From the IMG/VR virus record IMGVR_UViG_2921119228_000004, positions 13,876 through 77,875 of that record: a stretch of DNA of 64,000 bases. One strand, written 5' to 3'. Source of the stretch: a virus (lineage: Duplodnaviria; Caudoviricetes). Positions 38,056 through 46,805 of the stretch are shown piece after piece (the stretch's first letter is position 1; every line of letters starts with the position of its first letter). Below the pieces are notes generated by a model, which was not told where the DNA came from, did no database searches, and worked only from the letters and a program-made list of their open reading frames with translations. Made by a program: the position numbers and the translations under genes.

Positions 38056-38512
38056 ATTGAATTGGACATACGCCAAAGGTGAGTTAGATACTGATACATT
38101 GAAACTTATTTGCCTACCAGCACGAGGTAAACGCTCGTTTGGTGCGGATGAATTGGATGCAGAACTTTGTATAAAGGACGGGATGAATTACCAAATAGCC
38201 GAAATTCATTTAGGCGATGTGGAAAGCTCAAACATTCTTTGTGAAGAAATCGCAAGACGGTTTAATGAATTTGAGAACTGGCACGAGTGTAAAGATGATA
38301 CGGAAGCTATGCCAGAAATAGGAACAAATTGCATCCTTCGTGTGGAATATCAGAATTTAGATGATGGCGAATGGTACACTGATTACTTAACATCTACTTG
38401 GGGAAAATTTGGTTGGGCAGAAGACTATTTGGAACGAATAGCAGACATTGCCAATGAATATAGGATAACCCACTGGAAACCCATAAACAAACCGAAAGGA
38501 GTTGAAGAATGA
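38042..38512 (+). CDS. hypothetical protein with DUF551-like C-terminus
   Basis: WHEC...MPE...ITHWKPI pattern. Confidence 0.6.
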   Translation: MTKIKLNWTYAKGELDTDTLKLICLPARGKRSFGADELDAELCIKDGMNYQIAEIHLGDVESSNILCEEIARRFNEFENWHECKDDTEAMPEIGTNCILRVEYQNLDDGEWYTDYLTSTWGKFGWAEDYLERIADIANEYRITHWKPINKPKGVEE

Positions 38513-38748
38513 GAAAGTTACGTGCAATATGGAATATCATTAAGGCTAACAAATGGGCGGTGTTCACGTATGAAGAAGCCCCCAATGATCCTGAATGGGC
38601 TACATTCCCATTTTTTCGATGGAATGTATCAGAGAAAGATTTAGGCTTTTTTCGACTTATAAGAGAACGATTGTTTAGTATTGAGGAATATAATACTTCA
38701 ACAGTACATAATAAGAAAGTCTATGATTATGAAAAGAGAACAGATTGA
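38509..38748 (+). CDS. hypothetical protein
   Basis: Coupled 79-aa ORF. Confidence 0.55.
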   Translation: MRKLRAIWNIIKANKWAVFTYEEAPNDPEWATFPFFRWNVSEKDLGFFRLIRERLFSIEEYNTSTVHNKKVYDYEKRTD

Positions 38749-38829
38749 AATGCACCTTACTTTACTAAGTAAAAAGAAGTAGCATTTTATTTGTTATACT
38801 TAATAGAATAAACTATATTTGTATTTGAC

Positions 38830-40017
38830 ATGAGAATAATTAGAACACATTCAGGAAAGGAAGTCAAGATCTTTGCTGAAACTTTTGAGAACGAAGCATA
38901 CGATCAGATTAAGAGGCTGGCTAATTATCCTGCCTATGAAAACTCTATTATACGAATAATGCCGGATAGCCATGCTGGTAAGGGGTGTACTGTAGGTACT
39001 ACAATGACAATAACCGATAAAGTAACGCCAAACTTGGTAGGTGTTGATATTGGTTGCGGTATGCTTACTGTAGAATTGGCAGATCAATATATAGACTGTG
39101 AGAAATTGGATTCCGTTATAAGGGAAATGGTTCCCAATGGGTTTAATATACATGATACTCAAAAGGCAAATTTTGATTTTTCAAACCTACGATGTGCGAA
39201 GCAAGTAGATTTAAATAGAGCTTATCTCTCACTCGGTACACTTGGAGGCGGTAATCATTTTATAGAGGTGGACTATTCAGAAAGAAACCATAGGTACTAT
39301 TTGGTTATTCACTCTGGTAGTAGAAAGTTGGGAGGCGATGTTTGTAAACACTATCAAAATTTGGCTGCAAATACAGAAAGCGATCGGGCGATTGAAGTAC
39401 GCAATACTATTGCCAGATTGAAAGCAGAAGGCAGGGAAAGGGATATTCAGGAAGCGATTAAGAATATTTCAATTCCTGGTAAGAACAAAGAGCTGGCACA
39501 TCTTTCAGGTGGTGATTTTCACGACTATATTAATGACATGGCAATAGTGCAACGTTTTGCTGTACTTAATCGTGCTACTATGGCAGCGATTATCATTAAG
39601 GGGATGGGATTTACTGAGGTAAATAGATTTGAAACCATACACAACTATATTGATTTTAGCCGTATGATCCTTAGAAAAGGTGCTGTGAGTGCTGAATTAG
39701 GCGAGAAGCTATTAATACCTATAAATATGCGTGATGGTTCCCTTATCTGTGTTGGGAAAGGAAACCTGGACTGGAACTATTCAGCCCCACATGGAGCCGG
39801 ACGTTTGATGAGTAGGAGTAAAGCAAAGGAGTTACTTAGTATGGAGGAATACCAAGAATCTATGAACGGAATATATACCACTTCTGTAAGTAGAGCGACA
39901 ATAGATGAAGCCCCACAAGCGTATAAGTCTATGGAAGAGATTAAAAATGCTATCACTGATACAGTTGAGATCATTGATACGATAAAGCCAATATATAATT
40001 TTAAAGCATCAGATTAG
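38830..40017 (+). CDS. rtcB: RtcB-family RNA 3'-phosphate ligase
   Basis: MPDSHAGKG, GVDIGCG, GTLGGGNHFIE, HSGSR, HNY, RKGA, PHGAGR, DEAPQAYK; own TAnnTTTG promoter at 38814-38821. Confidence 0.95.
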   Translation: MRIIRTHSGKEVKIFAETFENEAYDQIKRLANYPAYENSIIRIMPDSHAGKGCTVGTTMTITDKVTPNLVGVDIGCGMLTVELADQYIDCEKLDSVIREMVPNGFNIHDTQKANFDFSNLRCAKQVDLNRAYLSLGTLGGGNHFIEVDYSERNHRYYLVIHSGSRKLGGDVCKHYQNLAANTESDRAIEVRNTIARLKAEGRERDIQEAIKNISIPGKNKELAHLSGGDFHDYINDMAIVQRFAVLNRATMAAIIIKGMGFTEVNRFETIHNYIDFSRMILRKGAVSAELGEKLLIPINMRDGSLICVGKGNLDWNYSAPHGAGRLMSRSKAKELLSMEEYQESMNGIYTTSVSRATIDEAPQAYKSMEEIKNAITDTVEIIDTIKPIYNFKASD

Positions 40018-40030
40018 AACGCTTTAATAA

Positions 40031-40288
40031 ATGGAATGGATTATGAAGTTACCGAAAGTTATTCATGTAGAATTGAGAGAGCCGTACAATGGAAAAAGAC
40101 ACTTCTATTTTGGATCTATTGCTGCGATCTTTGACGAGCTTTCAGAGGAACAAATAGGTATCAAGAAAGAAAGTCTTTGGAATGTAGATCTAAGTCGGGT
40201 TGAGTATCAAAACAAGTATTGTACAATCCGTATGGGCGTGCTTATAAGGAAGAAAACATTTAGAGGTAATACTAAAATTGGAGGTTAA
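40031..40288 (+). CDS. hypothetical protein
   Basis: Between rtcB and hydrolase. Confidence 0.7.
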   Translation: MEWIMKLPKVIHVELREPYNGKRHFYFGSIAAIFDELSEEQIGIKKESLWNVDLSRVEYQNKYCTIRMGVLIRKKTFRGNTKIGG

Positions 40289-40289
40289 T

Positions 40290-41054
40290 ATGTTAGGTGC
40301 AATAATAGGCGATATTGTAGGCTCACGGTTTGAGTTTAACAATACAGATAACTATAACTTTGAGTTGTTTACGGAAGAAAGCACTTTTACAGATGATACG
40401 ATTTGTACTATTGCTATTGCGGACGCTATCAACAATGGGGAACACTACGAAGATACGTTACTGAAATGGTGTAGAAAATATCCAAACCCTAAAGGAGCAT
40501 ACGGAAGCAGCTTTGCACGTTGGATAGCCTCAGATACACCACAACCATATAATAGCTTCGGTAACGGTTCTGCAATGAGGGTTAGCCCCGTAGCTTGGTT
40601 CTTTGACGACTTATATAGAGTGAAGAAAGAAGCGGAAGAAACCGCTATCGTAACCCATAACCACCCGGAAGGCATAAAAGGAGCTGTAGCGATTGCGCAC
40701 GCTATTTACTATTTGCGTACTACCAAAAACCTATCCGGGCTTGAAAACGAAATGCAAACGTACTATCCTATGTTTATGATCGGAAACTATTACTCTGGAG
40801 TATTTGATGAAACTTGCCAGGGAACTGTACCTATTTGCCTGAAAATTATCATTTCCAGTAATTCTTTTGAGGATGCAATAAGGAAGGCTATTTCGTGGGG
40901 AGGTGATAGCGACACTATCGGTGCTATTGTAGGATCTATGGCAGCAGCTATCTATGAGATCCCTAAAGAAATAGTAGATCATGTATTCAATTTGTTGCCT
41001 ATTGATATGCTTGATGTTATAGGTAACTTCTATCATAACTTAAACAATAAATAA
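40290..41054 (+). CDS. ADP-ribosylglycohydrolase (DraG/ARH family)
   Basis: GAIIGDIVGS, FTDDT, GNGSAMR, THNHPEG, GGDSDTIG; start MLGAII more likely than 40278. Confidence 0.92.
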   Translation: MLGAIIGDIVGSRFEFNNTDNYNFELFTEESTFTDDTICTIAIADAINNGEHYEDTLLKWCRKYPNPKGAYGSSFARWIASDTPQPYNSFGNGSAMRVSPVAWFFDDLYRVKKEAEETAIVTHNHPEGIKGAVAIAHAIYYLRTTKNLSGLENEMQTYYPMFMIGNYYSGVFDETCQGTVPICLKIIISSNSFEDAIRKAISWGGDSDTIGAIVGSMAAAIYEIPKEIVDHVFNLLPIDMLDVIGNFYHNLNNK

Positions 41055-41055
41055 G

Positions 41056-41376
41056 ATGGCTGATAACTGGAACAAAGCCGGATTCTTTTCTGGCATAACG
41101 GAAGATTATTCAAATTACCATTGGTACAAAGGAGAAAAAGAGAATCCGTATAAAAGTGATACTTTTCACCCTTTGGCAGCTTCTTTTTGGGAGTATGAGA
41201 AGGAGTTTCATTATTCCTACTTGGATGCTTGCGACACAAAAAAGCCTTTAGATGAAGCGTACAAGGAATGGAAAGAGCAACTATTATCAGAGCATTTACC
41301 AGGTAAAAGCCCGAATCCAGAAGGAGATACAACCAACTGGGAAAAATCGTTTGAAACAGGTAAGAGGGAGGTGTAA
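41056..41376 (+). CDS. hypothetical protein
   Basis: Starts 1 bp after the hydrolase stop. Confidence 0.7.
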   Translation: MADNWNKAGFFSGITEDYSNYHWYKGEKENPYKSDTFHPLAASFWEYEKEFHYSYLDACDTKKPLDEAYKEWKEQLLSEHLPGKSPNPEGDTTNWEKSFETGKREV

Positions 41377-41392
41377 AGCCTTCCTCTTTTTT
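41362..41392 (+). terminator. intrinsic terminator
   Basis: AAGAGGGAGG-loop-CCTTCCTCTT plus T run. Confidence 0.7.
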
Positions 41393-41502
41393 GTGTCGTG
41401 CCTAAATTAATAACATAAACGGATTAATTTTCTCATAAATAGCACTATATTTGCAGTTAGAAATAAAATATGAACTAATATAGCATTGGCTATTGTTGCG
41501 AG

Positions 41503-41650
41503 GATCAAGAAAACGACCAAAATTTCAAACAGCCCTCAGAAACAATGTGCTAATGCCTGCGCTATGGCGTGGGCATTACTCTTGTATGGGCTGTTGGGTA
41601 CTTGGTCGTCCCTCTTGATCGTGCAGAGTAAGCCCACGTTTTTTTGTGGG
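41503..41650 (+). promoter_or_regulatory. candidate structured 5' leader with mutually exclusive pairings
   Basis: GATCAAGA/TCTTGATC, ACGACCAA/TTGGTCGT, AACAGCCC/GGGCTGTT, TAATGCC/GGCATTA; alternative CGTGGGCATTACTC/GAGTAAGCCCACG plus T7; promoter at 41446-41453. Confidence 0.6.
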
Positions 41651-41699
41651 TTTATGGGTAGCCATTTTTAATGGATTATTAACCTATAAATTGCACGAT

Positions 41700-42203
41700 A
41701 TGAAAAATTTATTCTTATTTTTAATGTGTCTTATAACTTGTAACTCTATTCATGCTCAAAAAATTGTCAAAGACGAAATAGATGAGTTTACAGGTAATCG
41801 AATAACTGAAACAAATTACATTAGCTTTAGTGATGGTTTTACTTGCGCTTTGCATAAAGTTAATAATACAATACTTTTAAAGACTACCTATAATTGCGGT
41901 GATAAAGTTTATAGCATGGAAAAAGGAGCCGATTTAATGCTCAAATTAGAAAATGATAGTATCATTACATTAAACAACGAAGAGGATGCCGTTGCTGAAT
42001 ATTGGAGTCTAAATCTTGGAAAAACCTTTATTGAGCATTTTAATCTTAAAACAAGATATATTATTCCAGATGAAGTATATACTTTGTTGAAAACGAATAA
42101 AATTCGGACGGTTAGATTTTACACTACAGATGGCTATATAACTGAAACTGTATCAGAAAAACGAGCAAAAAAAATACTGAAGCTATTTAGTTTGTTGAAG
42201 TAA
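41700..42203 (+). CDS. secreted hypothetical protein (moron-like)
   Basis: Signal peptide MKNLFLFLMCLITCNSIHA-Q; own promoter and terminator. Confidence 0.75.
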   Translation: MKNLFLFLMCLITCNSIHAQKIVKDEIDEFTGNRITETNYISFSDGFTCALHKVNNTILLKTTYNCGDKVYSMEKGADLMLKLENDSIITLNNEEDAVAEYWSLNLGKTFIEHFNLKTRYIIPDEVYTLLKTNKIRTVRFYTTDGYITETVSEKRAKKILKLFSLLK

Positions 42204-42256
42204 AATTGTATGTTTTCATCTGTTGAGAGCTGATGATAGCTGCTTTAAGGCAGTTC

Positions 42257-42290
42257 AGAGCCATTGCCAGCGTTGGTAATGGCTCTTTAT
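42257..42290 (+). terminator. intrinsic terminator
   Basis: AGAGCCATTGCC-loop-GGTAATGGCTCT plus TTAT. Confidence 0.65.
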
Positions 42291-42369
42291 GTTTTTAGGC
42301 ATTGTTTAAAATCTTGCTATATATAATAATTATAACCATATTTGCACACATAATCAAAATTTTATCATT

Positions 42370-42705
42370 ATGAATATTCAAGATTGTTATTGTAATACGT
42401 GCAAGCGTCATTTGCCGTACTATGATGCACAGCGCAATAAATGGAAATGCCCTACTTGTGGTAATCCTGCATTCCTAAAAGTATTAGGCAAAGATCAATA
42501 CTTTTTTCAATGCAGATATATTCCTATAGAAGATATGAAGTATGGAGATCTAATAGTCATAGATCCATTACATGATTTTACCCCCAGTATTCTAAATATA
42601 GAGGTAATAGGGAATCAATATTTTGTAGCATTAAAAGGATATAGGCGTGTTAGTTATGATAAAGGCACATTAGTTCCCATTGTTGATGGTTGTTGGGGAT
42701 GGTAA
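42370..42705 (+). CDS. zinc-ribbon hypothetical protein
   Basis: CYCNTC and CPTCG motifs. Confidence 0.6.
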   Translation: MNIQDCYCNTCKRHLPYYDAQRNKWKCPTCGNPAFLKVLGKDQYFFQCRYIPIEDMKYGDLIVIDPLHDFTPSILNIEVIGNQYFVALKGYRRVSYDKGTLVPIVDGCWGW

Positions 42706-42710
42706 TTATT

Positions 42711-42733
42711 AAGGTAGCTCAATAGGCTACCTT
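42711..42733. terminator. hairpin between convergent genes
   Basis: AAGGTAGC-TCAATAG-GCTACCTT. Confidence 0.5.
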
Positions 42734-45195
42734 TATATTTCTTCCAGCTCAACTACCCAGCCTTTTCCAAAGCCGTATTTTCGTGTTTCTTCCTGATAAA
42801 CATTCAGCACCTTAAAACGGGATCCGGCACGAAACACAATTTCATCTTCACTTGCATAATGGGAAATGGCTTTTACATCTACACCCTTCTTGCTTTTGAT
42901 AACCAGCATTAGGTTATCTCCAAAGATAGCAGTTCTATCAATATTGGTAGTAGAGGACATGAAGGCTTTGTTTACATAGGGCTGCCCGGATGATAGACAC
43001 GCTTTCATTTCTTGAATATACTTATCCAGCTTCATTGCGTCAAAGCTGATCCCTGAGAATACAGTACCATTATAGCGAGGCATTTTTTCTAAGGCAGCAT
43101 TACAAGCCGGATAATATTTTTGGCATAATCCCCCATAATCTTGTATTTTGCCAAAGTACGGATCTACAATACCATAACCGTAATTATTACACCACTTAGA
43201 GCCGTATGTATAACGGTTTATCAAAGCAAGTTCATCTACGGATATACCCGTTTTTTTGCTATAACGCTCCATTGCTCCAGCTTCACTACTATAGTTCTGC
43301 CAACGTCCACCGATGGCGTTATTAGCACTATGATTAACTGGCGCATTTATATACTCTTCCAGTGCTTTTTTTGCCAGTTCCTCAGTTTCTCCATTCAGTT
43401 TAACCAACTTGCCTTGTTTTGATACATACTTTAAAGCCAACTCCTTTTTATAATCAGCAAGCCGGACATAACAAGCACTTACTTCACTATTCCACTGACT
43501 GCCGTATAGATCCATAGCCTTATCATATTCAGATTGGAGCCTTGCTATTTCCAGCTTTTCTTTTTCTGTTGCGTAAAGATCCAAAGTGGATCCGTCCGCA
43601 CCTTGTTTAACCAGCTTTGCGAGCCGAGCCTTTTCTATCTCTTGTATTTTGGCAGTCGCTTTTGCTGTCAAGGCTTGTATCTCATTTGCAGTTGCTTCAT
43701 TGGCTATAGCCTCATTCAGTTCTGCCAGAACCGAATTTAACGGTTTACTCTTGCTTTTATAGTTCAAAATAGGCTTGGCAGCATTTACGGCTTGCTGGTA
43801 TTGAAATTTTGCCTCAACTATAGCCAGCTCTTTTTTAAGCATTTTCACCATTTCGGGAGAAGTCGGAAATTTATTCTTTTCCTCAACCCAATTAGCCTCA
43901 AACTTTAGCTTCTTGATTTGGTACTCCAAATCACCAGTAGAGATTTTGGCTTTGAATGAATCGAAAGCCTCATATAGCTTTTGTACGTTTTCTTCCCCAT
44001 ATTGAGCAACCAGCCCTTTGTAGTGTTTTTGCTCAGGTGTGAGAGGATGCAAGATTTCTTCTATATCCGTATAGTTATCCTTGACGAAATAGGGTAGAGT
44101 GCCTTTTGTTTTGGCTTCATTCATGCGATCTTCGTTATCCTTTACCCATTGCACAAATTCATCTGAAAACTCCGTTATTTGCCCTTTCTTGCTTATTTCT
44201 TCATCTTCTCCAGCCAGGATCTTGTTAAGCATATCCTCTATATCATCTTCACCAGCTAAAATAGGAATCATGTAGCACCGACAATTCGGATGCCAACCAG
44301 TCCATTTAAACGTTTTGGGATATTTGCCAGCAAGCTCATCGCAAATATCATGGCATGGGTGGTTGTTTGACAGCTTGATTTCATAGCCAATTATAAAATC
44401 TAATTGCCCCCATCGTTCAAAATCAGCAGTTCTGTAGGCTATATTGGTTTCTGTACGTGCCAAACGTTGGGCATTACGGTATGAAGATCTATATACACCA
44501 CGTCCAGGATGATATTTCTTTGGGTTATCATCTACCCATTTATAACTTTCGGTTTCTTTGTCATATACCCTACGTTTCCATACACGACCATACACAGTAT
44601 TTCCGTTTTCATCCTCACCGACCTTTATTCTGAATCTTCTGTAAAAGCGATCAGGATCTTGTAGGTAGGTCTGTATTTTGGAAGCTAACTTGTTGGCTCC
44701 TGTACCCTCTCCTATAGCCAAATCCAAGCAGTTTTCAAGCTCTTCTTTAAATTGTCCTGTGTACCTCCATACCTTTTGCGATAGGCTTAGCCCTTCTTCT
44801 CCAGTTTTCCGAGCAAAGAAAGCGTCCATAGCCTCCATATTGCGCTTAAAGAATCGGGCAAAGTGGTTATCATTGATAGAGTTTTCACCGAACACACTTT
44901 TTACCAGCTCATCGTTATGTTGGTTGGAAAGCAGCCATTCATTTTGCACGTCATTCCTTATTTCTTGATACAAACGGCTGTACATTTCTCTAAATATGGC
45001 TGTAGCCTCATCACTATAGCCATATTCGGAGAAAGAGAACGGTTTACCTTCTTCCAACTCCGTACCTTTTACCATGTTAATAATCTGGAGTAAGTAGTTT
45101 TGATAAATCGCACGTACATTAGCTGCGTACCCTTCTGTACGTTTAAACAGCTCTTTTTGTAACTGCGTGGAATTGACGTATTTAGTTTTTGCCAT
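42733..45195 (-). CDS. MuF/minor head morphogenesis protein with C-terminal VIP2-like ADP-ribosyltransferase domain
   Basis: RLARTETN..CDELAGKYPK..GWHPNCRC (MuF) and AFMSSTT...SEDEIVFRAGSRFKV (S-x-S, ExE); next to portal. Confidence 0.9.
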   Translation of the reverse strand: MAKTKYVNSTQLQKELFKRTEGYAANVRAIYQNYLLQIINMVKGTELEEGKPFSFSEYGYSDEATAIFREMYSRLYQEIRNDVQNEWLLSNQHNDELVKSVFGENSINDNHFARFFKRNMEAMDAFFARKTGEEGLSLSQKVWRYTGQFKEELENCLDLAIGEGTGANKLASKIQTYLQDPDRFYRRFRIKVGEDENGNTVYGRVWKRRVYDKETESYKWVDDNPKKYHPGRGVYRSSYRNAQRLARTETNIAYRTADFERWGQLDFIIGYEIKLSNNHPCHDICDELAGKYPKTFKWTGWHPNCRCYMIPILAGEDDIEDMLNKILAGEDEEISKKGQITEFSDEFVQWVKDNEDRMNEAKTKGTLPYFVKDNYTDIEEILHPLTPEQKHYKGLVAQYGEENVQKLYEAFDSFKAKISTGDLEYQIKKLKFEANWVEEKNKFPTSPEMVKMLKKELAIVEAKFQYQQAVNAAKPILNYKSKSKPLNSVLAELNEAIANEATANEIQALTAKATAKIQEIEKARLAKLVKQGADGSTLDLYATEKEKLEIARLQSEYDKAMDLYGSQWNSEVSACYVRLADYKKELALKYVSKQGKLVKLNGETEELAKKALEEYINAPVNHSANNAIGGRWQNYSSEAGAMERYSKKTGISVDELALINRYTYGSKWCNNYGYGIVDPYFGKIQDYGGLCQKYYPACNAALEKMPRYNGTVFSGISFDAMKLDKYIQEMKACLSSGQPYVNKAFMSSTTNIDRTAIFGDNLMLVIKSKKGVDVKAISHYASEDEIVFRAGSRFKVLNVYQEETRKYGFGKGWVVELEEI

Positions 45196-45370
45196 TGCGC
45201 TTTAACTCAAAGTGTTCACAGTGATCTTTGTTTAAGAATTTAGAGTATTTGAAGAAAGGACACCGACAAAGGAAGAACTCACCTTTATAATCCTTCTCGT
45301 GCCAGTCGTAAGAGTGCTTGCAATCCCTACAATGGTACTTTGTTTCTGATGGTTTTACTTTCTTTGCCAT
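45182..45370 (-). CDS. small Cys/His-rich hypothetical protein
   Basis: HCRDCKH..CRCP..CEH. Confidence 0.6.
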   Translation of the reverse strand: MAKKVKPSETKYHCRDCKHSYDWHEKDYKGEFFLCRCPFFKYSKFLNKDHCEHFELKRNGKN

Positions 45371-46794
45371 TATTCACCTCCACCGAACACATCTATTCTG
45401 TTTAACTCCTGCTGTTTAGCTATGGCTTCTAAATCTTCCTGCTTCAAACGCTCAATTTCCGTTTTTGCATCTTTGATAAGGTAGCTCATTTCCACATAAG
45501 TTTGTCGGCTTATCGCTCCATCGTTATACTGCTTTGATATATCAGCAAGAATATCGCTCACATCTTCACCGAATGGTTCTTGAAACTCATGCCCTAACTG
45601 TAATGCTTCATATTCGGCTTTGTGTTGGTAGTCCAAAACATTACCAAGAATAGCACGTAGCAAATTACCCGTTCTATTCATGTAATTATCGTGGGTTTCC
45701 TTTCGTTTCTCAGCCTTAATCACTGCAAGCAGCATTACTTTTCTGATAGCTTTAGCAGACAGGTTGCCTAAACTCTTCATATTGTCAAAATCTATGTTAG
45801 GAGTGAAAGATTTTGAAAGAATATGCTTATCCAGCCGTTCATATTCATTTGCCTTGCTTTGTGAAGCCTGATCCCATGTAAGATATTCAACCTTGCCACC
45901 CTCCTTTAGAATGAATAGTTTTGCCTCTTCTTCTGCTTTAGGCAAGCTGTTAAGCACTTCTGCGGTTGCTACCATTGCCGGGTTAGCAAATCTATCATTT
46001 ACATCTGCATCTGTTGATTCCATGCTTTCTACACGGTGTATCATGGGCTGTGTTCCTTCATGCTCTAACTCTTGTTCAAAGAGGATAACGGGAATTTTCC
46101 CTATCACATTAGGGATTGCCTTCACTTCCCAACCTACACTAACACGCTTACAGTAGTAAACCGTATCATCTTTGTAAATATCCACATGGTAGATGCTCCG
46201 ATTGCCGGATTCATTCAGATAATACCCCCAAGCAAAAGCAGTCATACGCTTATACTGATCTTTGATAAGGTAAATATCATCACCGTTTTGTTTAGATAAC
46301 ACATTCAATAATACATCTGGTTTTCCTTCTTTATTTCGGAACACATGAAATAGCATAGCGGAAGTACCCTCAGCACCAGCAACACGTTTAGCCTCTCTTA
46401 CATTGGCGTTGAAGCGTAAATGCTCCAGCAGTTTTATATATTGCTCAAAAGCATAATCAGTACCTTTGCTTCTTTGCGTCCATTTTACGGGTCTGCCATA
46501 TAAGAAAACAAGCGCAATTTCATTGATGAAAGACTGATAGGGGATAGGAATTTTCCAACGCTTTTGCCATCTAAGGAAATTCCCTTTCTTATCATAAACG
46601 GCTTTATCTTGCCTTTTCATAACCTCATGGTTTTCTACCTTGTACTCCAGCAAGGCTTTTTCAGCAAAGCCGGAACGATCTTGCATATAGTTCAAGGCTC
46701 TTGAAATATCCTTAGCCTCCAACAAAGACGTAAAATTTTGCTGATAGCCTACAGCAGCTTTTACTTCATTCTTGATAACATTAAAAAATCCCAT
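45370..46794 (-). CDS. portal protein (SPP1 gp6-like)
   Basis: 474 aa after TerL; FLYGRPV, SFTPN, GNLSAKAI. Confidence 0.85.
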   Translation of the reverse strand: MGFFNVIKNEVKAAVGYQQNFTSLLEAKDISRALNYMQDRSGFAEKALLEYKVENHEVMKRQDKAVYDKKGNFLRWQKRWKIPIPYQSFINEIALVFLYGRPVKWTQRSKGTDYAFEQYIKLLEHLRFNANVREAKRVAGAEGTSAMLFHVFRNKEGKPDVLLNVLSKQNGDDIYLIKDQYKRMTAFAWGYYLNESGNRSIYHVDIYKDDTVYYCKRVSVGWEVKAIPNVIGKIPVILFEQELEHEGTQPMIHRVESMESTDADVNDRFANPAMVATAEVLNSLPKAEEEAKLFILKEGGKVEYLTWDQASQSKANEYERLDKHILSKSFTPNIDFDNMKSLGNLSAKAIRKVMLLAVIKAEKRKETHDNYMNRTGNLLRAILGNVLDYQHKAEYEALQLGHEFQEPFGEDVSDILADISKQYNDGAISRQTYVEMSYLIKDAKTEIERLKQEDLEAIAKQQELNRIDVFGGGE

Positions 46795-46805
46795 AATTCA
46801 AATTT

